Part shown: positions 35,842 through 50,180 of the stretch, one piece after another
Layout of the letters: the number at the start of each line of letters is the position of its first letter
How positions within the stretch are numbered: the stretch's first letter is position 1
Source of the DNA: Psilocybe cubensis
Lineage: Eukaryota
Assembly: GCA_017499595.2 (NCBI GenBank)
Contig: CM039007.1
Location: forward strand, 1,240,001-1,304,000
Reading direction: 5' to 3'
DNA: 64,000 nt
Notes under the pieces: model-generated
Database searches by the model: none
Told to the model about the DNA's origin: nothing
The model's input: only the letters and a program-made list of their open reading frames with translations
Translations under genes and position numbers: made by a program

Positions 35842-36564
35842 GATAGGCTGCGCTGTGTGGTCCCGGGATGATTAGTATGTTTCTTGTGCCACCATTAGTG
35901 TAGGGCACCGACCTTGGTGGGGATAGAGACAGATAAAGTAGGCGGTAGGGTGAGCGAGCGGGTTATAGCGCAATGCACAGCACTGGTTATCAACAAGGAT
36001 GATGGGCGTCGAGGTATAGAGTTGGGGGAGAAAATTTGGGACGGGGCCGCGGTTTATATACCTCAAGGGTTCGTGTATTCCTAACTTGGACGTCAACGAA
36101 GGAGACCACATGGGATCCTTCCTAAATCGGAATTGTTGGGCCAACAATGCCAGGAGGCACCGCATTGCCGCCTGACTCTCTGGAAGACAATGGACCTTCG
36201 GCAAACCGGTTCCAAAAAGGGAAGTCGGGAAAGTTATCCCCATTCCTTGTTCAATGACGGGCGAAAGGGTACTTATTGCTGGAGGACACCTCGCACACAA
36301 GGTCCCCCTTGAGTACAGCCAAACCCCAACTGCACGTTCAATTGCGCCGTCCAGTTTAATTGACAGGAATACGTTCTCTTGGGGTCTTTTCACCGCTCCC
36401 GTGGGAATAAAGGCGAAAGTTGAACTTTGAAAAAATCCAAATTTGCCAACGTCCGTGCCACTACGAGTCACTGTCCTACCATGCCACACAAACCCTTGTA
36501 TTACATGTGGTATAAGTTTACCGCACCCACAGGCACACAAACTTCCTCTTCTCACCTTACTACC

Positions 36565-37128
36565 ATGAACACACCATACACCCTCCGCTTCATCTCCAGC
36601 CGGAACAGCACCTACAACGGCGAACACGACCTCGTCCTCCCGGCACACAAGCTCGAGCAGCTGCACGACGCCGTCGACGAGCTCAACACCGCGCAGTTGG
36701 AGCATAAAGTGGAGATGTACTTTGCACTCCCGATGGACGCGGACGCGGTGTGTGGCATGCTCGTTGAGCTCGCGAGCCTCCGCAAGATCGCGGCGTACGA
36801 CAAGTCGTTCGGGTTCATGCTCTCTGAGAAGAATATCGCGTGTCTCGTTCTGGAGCGGTGGGATGATGTGCCGTGTGAGCGCTCAGCGGCGTATTACGAT
36901 CTCTTTCGTCCGCAATTGTCAGTGTTTTTTTGTTTTTTGCGTTGTTTTTGGAAGATATTCTGATGCTAACTGTGACAATCTTTCAGCCGCACGTTTTTAC
37001 AGAAGCTGGATGTCATCTACGAATCCGTTTTAGGAGACACGCAAGACATTAAACAGACGGTCAATAGCAACGACTCCATGGACGACCTGTCCCAATTCTT
37101 CAAGGGCCTTTCTCATCATGAGATCTAG
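36565..37128 (+). CDS. Small hypothetical protein (~164 aa)
   Basis: TATAAG at ~36511 and ATG at 36565 with strongly GC3-biased codons. Intron 36918-36986 (GTCAGT, GCTAAC branch, CAG) joins in frame to FRTFLQKLDVIYES...HHEI*. Confidence 0.7.
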
Positions 37129-39063
37129 GTCCACATTCGCCAATGCAATTTAGACCATCCGCAGATTACCAATCGCTCGAATGTGCAGAGATGCTCATCA
37201 ACACCTGTTTCGAAGGATTTTCTCATCATGAGACCTAGTCCACATTCGCCAAATGCAATAGCAAAAGGTGGACCTGCAGAGAGTCTCATCAACACTTGTA
37301 AATTAACCCTCATCCCTTCCTTTCGCTTAGCAAAAAAGCATATATCAGTGTACAATAAAATAAACACATCGCAATGTTAACTCGAAAGATACTTTTCAAT
37401 TACAATTCGTAACGCAATCATAAGTAATCAAGGGCACTTGTGTTGGCGCGCAAGATAGATAATCGAATCTCGATAAGCGCTAAGCGCCCTACTTGTAAGT
37501 TATCTATCCGAGTGACTGTTGACGTCAGCGACGATAAAGTCATTGTTTAGTCAATGACACCCTTGACTGGTCTCAAAACTAAAAGACATGGCTCAGTCAA
37601 TGACCCATCAATTGACTAGTCATTGCCTCAACTTAAGATAACATTTACCTCAACTTAAGATAATGTGCATACCACAAGCATGACTACAAATTCCCCAATC
37701 AAACGTTGACCGCTCTTTGACTCGCCATCGCCAACGCTGGTTGACGTGCCTTGCCTTATCAGGGGGCTAGCAAAAGTTCTCAGAAAATGTTCCTCTTTTC
37801 TTTTCGTCGCTGCCAGTGCGACGCCTTATATGATCCTAACCTCACAAATCCACATACCGGCAAGCTCAAAGTCAAAGCCAAAAAATCAAACTTTGAATCT
37901 AGAAATATAATAGATAATATATTCCACGGAAAGTACATAACCAGACCAGACCAGTACCATTATTAATATGAAGGCATGTGTGCGTAAACCGTGTAACTGT
38001 AAGGTATAAACCCGTAGCCTGTAGGGTTGTATAGTATAGTATAGTAAAATAAAATATAACTCATTGATTCACAGCCCTACAATATAATAGAGAGAGAGAG
38101 AGAGAGAAACCAAAAAAGAGAAAGAGGAGAGAGAGAGAGAGAGGTATACCATATGCAAGCAAACACAATATGTACATCTGAAAAGAAGAGAAAAAAAAAA
38201 AATGGAAAAAAATAGACAAAAAAGATGATGAGGATGATGATGATGATGATGATTGTTAATAATGCTTGACGATGCGAAAAAAAAAGGAATCGTAATGCGA
38301 TAGACGATAATGTATGTACGTGTACGTGTACGTGTATGTGTATGTGGGATAGAAGTAAGGGTATGGGGTATAGGGTATGGGGTGGTTAGGACAGTCATAA
38401 ATGCATAGGGGGTCATAAGCCATAGTATGAGACCTGAGGGTCGAGGGCCGAGGGCTGAGGGTCATGGTAAACAAGGTGCAACGATGCAACAAGCGAATCA
38501 ACGACAAAGGACAGAGGAGATCGAAACAAAGACAGCGAACAGCGAACAGCGATAGACAGTGCGGTGTAGATGTAGAGAAGAATAGGGATGTAGGGATATA
38601 GGGATAGAAGACGATGAAGAGAGATAGAATGGAAAGTGAAAAAACCACAATGAGAAAAGAGAAAAAAAGCAAGAGCAATACGACACAAAAGATGATATAA
38701 AACCCAGAGTAAGAGTGAGATGCACACAAAAAAAGGGAAAAAAAAAAAAACAGCATAACAAAGAGGACGAGCCGAAACGAGAGGAGACGAGAGGGAGAGA
38801 GAAATCCTAACACAACACACCAACAAACCGACCGACACCCGACACCCAAATCAACTCACAAAGGCGTATACACCGCTGCTGCTGCTTGCTACTGCTGCAC
38901 ATACACCTACACACACACAAAAAAAAAAAAAAAAACACAAGGTCAGCTTGATTCTAAAAAGGCAAAACAATCTTTTTTTAAAGGGAAAAAGAGAACTCAC
39001 CCTCTGGACGATTCATATTCATATTCACATTCACAATTCGGACCTCAAGCTCAAGCCTCAAGC

Positions 39064-42000
39064 TCAAGTTCGGTTCAAATTCGCATTCGCAGCATTCGCA
39101 GCATTCGCAGCATGCGCTGCAGGTGCAGGTGGCGGGGGCGGCGGCGACGGCGCACTCGCACTCGTCCGTCCACTCCTACTCCCACTCCCACCTCTCACAC
39201 TCCCCTGTGCACTCCCTCTCCCACTCGCACTTCTCCCACTCACACTGCCCCCCTCCCTCCCGCTCCGCCCACTCACACTGCCCCCCTCCCTCACACTTCC
39301 CCCACTCGCACTAGTCCTCCCACTGTGACTTAACCCACCCGTCCCACCAGCCCCCTCCCTCCGCTCCCTCTCCCTCTCCCTCCTTTCCCTCTCCCTCCGT
39401 TCCCTCAAAAGCCTCGCCTGCTTCTCCGCAACACGCCGGCCCTCAGCCGCCGGATCTTCATGCTGCCACCCGTCCGTAGGCGGGATGCTGATTTCTTGGA
39501 GGTGTGGTTGGATTTGGATTGGCTGGGGGTGGGGGTGGTGGTGGGTATGCGGGTTGGGTGGAGGAGAGGGTGGTGCTGGTGCTGGGTGCGGTGCGATGGC
39601 AATGGGCCGTGGGCGTTGGGTGGGTGGAGGGTGTACGTGTTGCGCGTGCGCGTGTGGATGTGGGTGTGGGTGTGGGTGTGGATGTGGGTGTGGGTGTGGA
39701 TGTGGGTGTGAGTTTGGGTGTGGGTGTGGGTGTGGGTGTGCATGCGGGTGTGGGTGTGGGTGCGAATTTGCGTGCGGATGCGGGTGAGAATGCGTATGTG
39801 GGTGTGGGTGTGGTGGATGTGGGTTTGGAGAGATCCTCTTATGCTGAGGCTGAAGCGAGGAATAGTGATGCTGCTGATGCTGTTGATTCTGATGCTCGCG
39901 CTCGTGCTGATGCTGGTGCGCAGGCACAGGCACAGGCGGGGGCGGGGCATACCTCGAAACCGTCGGACCATGTCCATGTCCATGAGCTGAACCATGACTA
40001 TGCCGAGACCCAGAACTATGACTATGCCGAGAACCAGAACTAGATCCAGAACCAGGACGCGACATCCCACCAGCATACAGCTCCTGTTCCTGTTCCCGCT
40101 GCTCCTGCTCCTGCTCGCGGCGCACGCGCCGCCTCTCGCGCTCGCGCTCATACGCATGTGCATACTCCCTCTCCCTCTCCCTCACCCGCTCGCTCTCCGC
40201 ATGTGCATGCGCTGATGCTGATGCTGACGTTGCGTGTGCGTGTGGAGAAGGCGCTGTTGATCCTGGAGCTGAAGCCGGTACACGCGAAGCCGCAGAGGAC
40301 GAAGGACGAGATTCCTCCCGCTGCTGCTGCTGCCGATCCGTCTCCATCTCCACATCCCCATCAACCTCCATCCCCTCCATCCCCTCCTCCTCCTCCTCCT
40401 CTTCCTCCTCGCCTTCGCCTTCAGAAGACATATCCCCATCCCACTGATCACCGCCGTCTATACCCTCCGCCTCCGAATGCGAGCCGTCACCATCCCCTTC
40501 CCCATGGTCATCACCATCACCATCGCCATCGCCATCGCCATCGCTCCCGGCACCAGACCCAGAGCGTTGGCCAGAACCAGAACCAGAACCAGAGCCGGAC
40601 CCAGAGCCGGACCCAGAGCCGGATTGTCTATGCGCGCTCCGTTTTGCCTTTTTGCGACAGTACTTGTCCCAGTGCCGCTGTAGCGCGTCTTGTCTGTACC
40701 ATATCCCAAAATACAACAAGTTATCACAAAGATGATACAAAAAAAAGCAAAAAGCAAGTCATCATCAGCAAACACATTTCAAACCACCAAAAAAAAAAAA
40801 TCCAAAAAACCCAATGACAAAAACACAAAAAAAAAAAAACAAAAAAAAAACTCAAAACTCACCTAGTCAACACCCGTCCACAAAACCGACACCGCACACC
40901 GGCCCCTCCACCCGTATGCCGACTCTCCTTATGGCGTCTCACATCCCCCGAGCGCGTGAAAATCTGTCCACACACGTCGCACGGGTATCTCTTCATCTTG
41001 CGCGATGGGCGCGCGGGGGCTGCGAACGTGTTCGTTTCTGAGCCGCCCGGACCGGGGACCGCCGCGGAGGCGGAGGCGGGGGCGGGGGCGGGGGCGGGTG
41101 GGTACTCGGTTGTCGGGGAGTATGGATGAGATTGGTGTGCTCCTGGTGGTGCTCCTGGTGCTGGTGCTGGAGGGTACGGCGAGTAGTTGTATGAAGGAGG
41201 TGGACGCCCGGAGCTATGGTGCGTAGCCGGCGGATGATGCTGCCGATGCGGATGGTGTCGGTGTTGGTGTTGCGGAGGAGGAGGTTGAGGCGGTGGAATA
41301 TCTTCTCTCGCGGGATAAAAATCCGCTGAAGGCGGTGGTGGGCCATGCGGATGTGCATGTAGATGGGGCGGATAATGCGCAACACCATGCACACCACCAG
41401 ACACCGCGCGCCCAGCGGCGCTGCTCCTCATCTTCGCAGCACCACTTAGACTACTCGCATCTGCATTAGCGTCCACCGGACGAGGTGTAGATATCATCCG
41501 GTGCGATCCGTCGCTGGGAGATTGGGTCTGGGTCTGTGCTTGATCAGCTACGCGCTCGCGGGGCCGGATGATGACTACAGGAGGCAACGGCGGCGGATAC
41601 CGATTCTGAGGGTTGATCGAATGCGACGCCCGCCTTTCTTGTTCTACATGCTGCTGATACGCGGCGTACCGCCGCCCTTCAAAATTATCATACTGATGAT
41701 GATGTTGATGATGATGGTGGTGGTGACGCTGCTCCTGTGGCGAATGCGGTCGCGAGTGCGTATCAGAGCCCGCGCGCGACCCCGACCCCGCCCCTGACCC
41801 CGTGCGCGACCCCGCGGCTCTCCTCGCACGCAAATCAACATCCATATTCTCCTCGTCGCTACCCCTGCGCGACCGACTGCGCTCCTTCTCCTTTTCCCTA
41901 TCCTTCTCCGCTGATCCACTCGCGCTATGCAGCGGCGACGGGTTGGCGACGCGTACGACTTCCATCATCTCGATGTCGCTGTCGCTGTCGATGACCACGA

Positions 42001-45000
42001 TCTCCCGCTCCCGCTCCTTCTGCTTTTCCTTTTCCTTTTCCTTCTCTTTCTCGGCCTCCTTCTTCGCCGCTTCCTCTCTCGCTACGTCCGCCTCGTCCAA
42101 TGCGGACCCCAACCCCGGACCAGGACTCACAACCGCGCTAACATCCACGTCCATCGCACCTCCACTCGTCCTGCGCTCATCAACAATAACAACCTCATCA
42201 TCATCATCATCATCATCCCCGTCCATCCTCTCTCGCCGCTCACGCTCCTTTTCCTTTCCTTTCTCTTTCTCCTTCTCTTTTCCCCTCTCCCTCTCCTTTT
42301 TAGCGTCCATCCACCGCCTCCGCTCACGCTCCATCTCCACCTCCCTCTCCGCCCTTTCCCTCTCGCGCAGTTCTCGTCTCTCGCGCTCTCCAGGCGGCGG
42401 ATCGATAATCACGACATCGCTATCCTCCGCAGCCTCCGCTTCTCTCTTCCTCCGTTCCTCAGCTTCCCTCTCCTTCTTTTTCTCTCTGTCTCTTTCCCTC
42501 TCTTTCCCTTTCTCCCGCTCACGACTACCCCGACCCACACTCTCATCACTCCCCTCCCTCGCCCTCTCTCCCACACCCGAACTACCCTTCCTGCCCCCCA
42601 ACGCCTGCCCCTGCGCCCGCACCCTCTCCCTCTCCTCCTCCTCATAAACGCGCTGCTTCGTGCCCCTCGCCCCTCTCCTACCCTGAGCGCTATTCGCGCT
42701 GCTGCTGCTGCTGCGACTCAGCCCGCGCGCTACCTCCTCGTTATTACTCTGATTCTCCCGGTCGCCGTCGCGTTCGCGTTCCTGCTGCTGCTGCTGCCGC
42801 CGCGCGGTTGAAGTCGCGTGCGCGGACGCGCTATCCACCGCCATCGACACGTCCTGCTCCTGCTCCAGCTCGCGCTCGCGCTCGCGCGCGGCGTTCGCGT
42901 TCGCGTTAGCGTTCGCGGTGTTGGTGTTAGTGTTGGTGCTCTTCTTGCCCTCACCACCAGTCCCAGCCATCTCCGTCTCCGTCTCCTTCTCTTTTTCATT
43001 CTCCTTGCCTTTCCCCTTCTTCTCCTTTTCCTGTCCCGCATCCTCCATCTCCATCTCCATCTCCATCTCCGCATCTACATCTACAACAATCATTTCCTTT
43101 TCCTTTTCCTTTCCTTTATCCTGCTCTTTTCCTATATCCTTATCCGTCTCCATTCCTTTATCTTTATTATTCTCCTTCTCCTTTTCCTTCTCTTTCCCCT
43201 TTTCCTTTTCTTTCTCATTTTCTTTCCCCTTCTCTCTCTCCTTCCCTTTGCCCCCTTCCTTCTCTCTCTCCTTCTCCTTCTCTTTCTCCTGCCCCTGCCC
43301 ACCCGCACCCCCACCCTGCCTCCAAACCCTCCTATACCCCCTCTCCCTCCCCGCCAACCGATCCTGCTCCTCCCGCGCCGCGCGATACGCCTCCCGCTCC
43401 GCCGGCGTGCGCTGCTCGTACACGATCAGCCCCTGGCTTTGGCCTAGTTCGTCTGGGGTGTTGTATTGCGCGCTGAGGTGCGAGAGCGTGTGTGAGGTTG
43501 AGTTTGGTTTGTGGTGGGAATGGGAATGAGAGTGCGAATGCGAGTGAGAGTGAGAAGAGTGCGAGTGAGAGTGTGAATGGTGTGAATGGGAATGAGAGTG
43601 CAAGTGTGAGTGCGAGTGAGAATGAGAATCAGAGTGATGCGTGTGTGGATGGAGATGGTACGGATCCGCAACGGGATCATGTCGCAGATGTCGCTGTGCG
43701 TGGTACTCTCCACCCACACCCGAACCCACACCCGAACTCGACCCCGACGCATGCCCCTGCCCACCCTCCTCCCCTCCACCAGCCAAAAGCTTCTTCCGAG
43801 CCCTTGGCGGCTTCGAAGGTTTAAGCACAAACTGTGCACCGCCTACATAATGCGGCGACGTCGGGTCCACTCCTCCTCCTCCTCCTCCTGTCCCAGCTGT
43901 ATCCGTTCCACCCGCGCCAGCGCCACCTTCCACATCCGCTCGAGCACCAGCACCAGCACCAGACCCAGAACCAGCAAGCACAGCCCCACTCGAAGGCGGT
44001 ATACCAAGCAACAAATGCTCCTGCGGTGCAAGCGCCGTCGCGGCTGGCGGCGTCGTCGCGAGATGGATCACGCTCGAGTGCGAGCGCACATGTGCGTGGG
44101 TTTGTGTGTGTACTTGTCCATGAGCGTGCGCGTGTGTGTGAGGATGAGGATGAGGATGTGAGGCCGACGCGGATGCAGACGCGTTCCGCGAGGCATGTAC
44201 AGTGTCCGGATGGATCGGTTTTGGGATATGCTGCAGCGTTACAACACCACCACCACCACCACCTCCTCCTCCTCCTCCTGATGCCTTACCACTGCTCTGT
44301 CCATCCCCTTCTCCCGCCCCTCCTCCTCCCGCCCCTCCTCCTCCACTCCCACTCCCACCCCTCCCACCCCTCGGCTTCCGCGGCTGCGGCACCTGATGCT
44401 CTAACGGGCCCACCGCGCCATTCTGGAACAGCACGAGCTGCTGGCGCATCTGTGCGTCTCTGTCTCTGTCTTTGTCTCTGGGTGCGTCGCGTTCTCTGTC
44501 TCTGGGTGTGTCGCGGTCTCTGGGGCCTTCGCGTTCCCTTTCCCTATCCCTAGCTTCTCTATCCCTAGCCCCATCACGCTCTCGTTCTCTTTCTCTATCC
44601 CTATCCCTATCCCGCTCGCGCTCGCGCGGATCGAAACCATCCCGTTCATGCGAATGCGAATGTGGACCTTCATGCGATGGATACGGATACGGATACGAAT
44701 ACGGGTACCCATGCGCGTGCGCCGGAGGCTGCCCATGACCATGACCATGAGGGGGCGATGGTACCGCGTACGGGTACGAATGAGGATGAGGCGGAGGATG
44801 AGGCGGCGGCGGAGGGTACGGCTGGTGAGGCGACTGTGGTGAATACTGAGGATGCTGAGGATGAGGATGCGGTGGTGGAGCCGCATGCGGATGAGGAGGT
44901 GGAGGAGGAGGGGGATAATACTGCGGCGGCGGCGGAGGCGGTCTATGCCCTCCCTCCCTCTCCCTCTCCCTCTCATGCCCTTGCTGCTGTTGTTGTTGCT

Positions 45001-48000
45001 GTTGCGCAGGCGGTGGATACGGACTATAATACGGCTGATGGCCATACGCATGACGACTATACGGCGGCGGCGGCGGTCCCGGACCTCCTCCTCCTCCTCC
45101 TTCCGTTCCACCACCACCTCCTCCCGGTCCTCCTGCTCCTGGCGGCGGTGGCGGAGGAGGAGGAGGAGGCGCGTACCCGTACGCATAAGGCGACGGATAA
45201 GGCTGCGGACCAAAATGCGGGTTTGGATGCGCGGCTGCCGCAACCGCCACCGCTGCAGAATTCGTGGAAGAGGAAGAGGAGGGCGCGTCAGCTGTGACGG
45301 ACGGCCGGCGCGTGGCTGTCATCGTCACAGTCTTGCTCGTCGTCGTGCTCGTCGCCGTGTTCGTCGCCGTGTTCGTGCTCGTGCTCGTCGTCGACGCGCC
45401 CTCCTTCTCCTTCTCTTTACCCTTCCCATTCCCATTCCCATTCCCACTTGCACTTACACCTCCCTTGTCCCTATCACCACCACCCACAGAATCAACATCC
45501 ATCTCAACACCCGTACCCATACCCATATCCCTCCTCCTCTCCTCCCTCCGCGCCTCGCGCCTCGCGTCTTTCTCCCTCTCCCTCCTCGCATCTCTCTCCC
45601 TCTCCCTCTCTCTCTCTCCAGAATCCATCCCTCGCTCCTGCCCCCGCTCCTGCACAGGCACACCAACATGCAACACCCGCTGCCCCGCCCTCGCCTGCGC
45701 CTGCTGCTGCGCCTGCTGTTGTTGCGCATAGCTGCTATACATGTACGGCACCTGCTGCGCTTCGCCTTGGAGCGGGACGACCATGTTCATACTTGCACCT
45801 GCGCCTGCGCCTGCTCTCTCGGTGCGTCTTTCGCTAGCTCTGCTTCCGCGGCCGTCACTCGCGCTACCCCCTGCCCCTCCTCCTCCTCCACCACCACCCT
45901 GGCCACCACCACCCTGACCACCCGCACCCGAACCACCCACACCACCCGCACCCGACGCACCCTGCCGCACAGTATACTCATGCGTATGCGCATACCACTG
46001 CGCATGCGTATGAGGCTTTCCCGCAGGGAGCGGCTCCGTCGCGAAAATGTTGATTTGCGGGAATGAGGCGGGCGGGTCGAGGGAGACTGTTATTGGTGGT
46101 GTGTATGTTCTTCGCTGGGCTGTGTTGGTGGTTGTGCTTGTGTTTGTGCTGGTGGTTGTGTTGGTTATGTTGGATGATGCGGGCGCTGTCGTTGGAGGTG
46201 CGGCGGTCGACGTTGATGTTGTTGTGGATGTCGACGCCGGTACAGTTGCATTCGAATTCGACGCAGACACAGACACCGACATCGCAGAACGAGGAGGATG
46301 AGGCGACGCCTCCGCCTCCGCCGACGCAGCAGGCGAATGCAACATCGGTGTATCATCAAGCGAAATCGTAATAGGCGGCGGGAGCGGATTGCGCCTCTCT
46401 CTTCTCTCCCTCCGTTCCTCCTTCTCCCTCTGCTTTTCCCTCTCTCTGTCCTTATCTCTCTCTCTCTCTCCTTCTTTTCCTTCTTTTCCATTTCCTTCTT
46501 TTCCATTTCCATCCCTCCCATCCCTCCTATCCTCTCCTCCCTCTCCTCCAGCCCCAGTCCCTCCTCCTCCCCCTCCAGCACCTCCTCCACCCCCAGCACC
46601 CCCACCCAAAACACCATACGAATACCGACTCGGCACAAAATGCACCGGGCCCGCCATCACAGGCGCGGGCGGGTGCGGCTGCGAGAGCGTCTGGGGGTAC
46701 GCGGGGAGCGCGGCGAGTGCTGCTGAGATGCGGCGCGCTGGTTGCGGTTGCGGCGGAGGCGGCGCGTGTGTCGGTGCGTTTGTCGGTGGTGGCGGATGTT
46801 GTGCGTGTCCTGGAGGTGGTGCGTGTCCTGGAGGAGGTGGTGGTTGATGTGCATATCCTGGCGGCGGCGGTGCATACGAATGCGGATGGGGGTGCGGGTA
46901 CACCTCGTGTGGATGATACGGGTACTGCGGATGCGGATGTGGGTAATGCGCGGGTGCGTGTGCATTGTACGGCGCCTGTGCGTGACTTGGCGGGATGGAT
47001 GGGCGGATTTGGTGTTGTTGCTGCTGTGACGTGGGCGGCGGCGGCGGCGGTGGGTGATGAGGGTGCGCGTGCGCTGGATGACCAGGCGGTGGTGGTGCAT
47101 GCGCACCAGGAGGATGCGAACCAGGAGGAGGTGGTGGTGGTGGTAGAGGATGCCCCGACCCATCCACGTAATATGGGTACGGGTACGGGTACGGATACGG
47201 ATACGGATAATGTTGATGTTGAGATTGAGGTTGTGGATAAGCAGCAGCAGGGTACCCACCTCCCACACCAGCACCCGCACCCGCTGCTCTCGCTGAAGCC
47301 GAGTCGCTCCCCGCTCGTCTCCTCGATCCTCCAGCTGCACCTGCATTCGCGCGGTCTTCGGTATCGCCCTCGCGTCCTTTCTCGCGTCCTTTCCCCGGCC
47401 CCTTCTCCGCGCCCTCGCCTTCACCCGCGCGCGCTCTCGTCCGCGACGATGGCCGATCATCCCTTTCCCTTTCCTGACCCCGCTCCCTCTCCTGACCCCG
47501 CTCCTGACCCCGCTCTCGCTCCTGACCCCGCTCCTGACCCCTTTCCTGACCCCGTTCTCGATCGCGATCCCGCTGATCAGCGATGAACCGCGGCGACGAC
47601 GCGCGTCTTGGTCGTCTCTGCTGCTGCTGCTGCTGCTGCTGTGGTTGTCCTCCCTGCGCGGCTGCTTGGGCTTGGGCTTGGGCTTGGGCTGCTGCTTGGG
47701 CGGACGATTGCGCCGAGGACTGTGCTGGCGGTGCTTGAGGTGCTTGAGGTGTAGATGGTTGATGTGCTTGAGGAGGAGGTGCCTGCGCTGATGAATGTGG
47801 TGCTGAAGGAGGCGGAGGCGGATACGCAGTGTAATACCGCGCCGGATGCCCATGCACATGCCCATGCGGGTGAGGGTGAGGCGGAGGTGGGCCAGGCGAG
47901 GATTGGCGCCGCTGTATAGAATGGGGACGATGTTGTGGTTGTGGTTGTGGTTGAGGTTGTGAATGAGGTGGTGGTGGTTGTGATTGTGGTTGTGAGTGAG

Positions 48001-50180
48001 GCGGTTGTGGTGGCGGTTGTGAATGTGAATGATGTGGTAGTGGTGGTCTCTCCCTATCTCTCTCCCTTTCCCGCTCCTGATTTCGCTCCTTCTCCCGATC
48101 TCGCTCCCGATCACGATCCACACGCGCATCACCCAGCGCCGACCACGAAGGCTGCAGCGCGCGCTCCCGCTCCCTCTCCCTCTCATGCTCCCTCTCACGA
48201 TCGCGTCCTGGCCCTGACCCCGCCCCCGCCCCTGACCCCGGCCCTGGACCAGAACCCGGCAAAGGCGGAGGCGGTGTAGGCGGGTACGGTTCATGCGGCT
48301 GTAGCTGGCGCGTCGGCATCGTCGTCGCTGGTCCCGCGTGCCCATGCCCATGTGGAGGCGGAGGTACATGTGCATGAGAAGGAGGCGGAGCCGCGCGGTA
48401 GTGCTGCGCCGGCAAAAGTGGATGATGATGAGGATGATGAGGCGGCGGGGGAGGGGGAGGGGAGTGCAGGGCGTGTGGAGGTGGTGGGGGGCGTGGGTGG
48501 TATATAGGCGGTTGTGTTAGTGTAGGCGGGGTGTAATGCGAATGCGAATGCGAATGCGAATGTGATTGTGATTGTGAGTGTGAATGCGATTGAGATTGCG
48601 ATTGTGAATGAGGGCGTTTGGAATGCGCAGCTGGAGGAGGAGGAGGTGGTGGTGGTGGCGAGCCAGAGCGCGAGTGCGGGCGCGGGTGCGAATGCGAGTA
48701 CCGTCCCGGATGCGGATAAGCCGCATGCAGAGGGGGCGCAGGTGGTGGATACGGCGAAGCCGACGCGGAAGGCGGAAGAGGCGGGGGCGCACCGCGCGAT
48801 GTAGCATGTGGAGGTGGATAGCTCGAGGCATACTCTCTACTGCTGCGATACCGCTGCGAGTGCGAGTGCGGGTGCGGGTGAGGGTGAGGGGCGCGGTACC
48901 GCGGATCCCTCGCAGGGTCGCTGTCGTAGCCGTATCCATACCCATACTCGCGCTCGCGCTCGTAGTCAGGCGACGGCGCGCGGTGTCTACTCCCGCTCGG
49001 TCGTCTCTGCAGCGCATGCGCATGTGCATGTGGGTGCGGCTGGGGAAGGGGATGAGGCGGCGGAGAGGGCGAGTGGTACACTCTCATCGGCGACGGCGGC
49101 GAGTGCGTATATGCGAGGTTATCAGGCGAGTGCGATGGGGGAGGGATAAACGGTGGGCGCGATGAGTGCACGTACGATGATGGGTTCCATGTTCGCGGGG
49201 TGTACCCTGCCGTGCGTGCCCCATTACCACCACCATCACCAGCGGCGGCGGCGGAGGAGGACGCTGGCTCGCGATCGCGCGGGTGCGAGGGAGAGTGCAC
49301 AGGCTCGAGCTGGGTGTCTAGTGGCTTGTCATCATCATCGTCGTCGTCGGCTGCGCTGCGCATGATAGTATCACCATCGTCCGCGGGGTCACCGTCTGAT
49401 CCGGTATACAGAGCCGGTTTGGGTGGTTTCGACGGGGGCTTGGGTTTGTGTGCGGGCTTGGGTATGGGCGTCGGCTTGGGTATGGACGTCGGCGTGGATG
49501 TCGATGCGGAGGTGGATGGGACGGGTGCCGGCGGTGGTGCAGGTGCGGGTGCGGGTGCGGGCTTTTGTAAGAGCCATGGAGGGTCTGGGATGGGTTTGAG
49601 CGTGGAGGTGTCTTTGGCGCGGGGTGGCACTGGAAGGCTATCCCTGATCACTCGAAATTCGGGCGTCGCCTTGTCTTTCTCTTTCTCCTTCTCCTTCTCT
49701 TTTTCCTTGGACCCCTTCCTCGTACTCTTTTCCTTCTCCTTCGCCTTTTCTTTCCCCTTCGCGTTCGTCTTTTCCTTTTCCTTTGCTTTTTCCTTCTCCT
49801 TCGCCTTTGCTTTTTCCCTCGCATACAACCGCGTCCTTAGATACACACCCTCCTCCTCCTCCCCATCATCCATAAGCTCATCCTTCTCCTCCTCCTCCTC
49901 CTCTTCTTCTTCTTCTTCCTCTTCCTCAACACTCTCCGCCTTCCTCGGCCTCTTCACCCTCCGTCTAGCATGACTATCCAAAACACCTGCAAGTAAAACC
50001 AATTATCACCATTGAGAACGGAGCGAGGAGAACGGAGGAAAACGTACTTCTAGTTTTACCCGACCTAGTCCTTCTTCGCGTGCTCGTGCTATCCTCGTCA
50101 TCGTTGTCGTCTATACTGGGAGAGTTGCTGGCGTCGGGCTCGAGCTCTATGGGTCGCGGACGCTTGTTAGCGGAGGGCAT
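39064..50180 (-). CDS. Giant (~3,628 aa) low-complexity protein with two tandem zinc fingers, probable transcription factor
   Basis: Exons 50180-50048, 49986-40863 and 40693-39064 join in frame. Fingers: YPCDVCGQIFTRSGDVRRHKESRH and CRFCGRVLTR|QDALQRHWDKYC, the second completed only across the intron. Confidence 0.85.

Noticed and set aside
35872-36705. 277-aa minus-strand ORF
   Set aside because: It has a non-ATG start, overlaps the better-supported plus-strand gene and spans the divergent promoter region.
39100-49973. Numerous long antisense and alternative-frame ORFs over the zinc-finger gene (also over the OTU gene)
   Set aside because: These are shadows of GC-rich tri- and hexanucleotide repeats that lack stop codons, and they show no domains.
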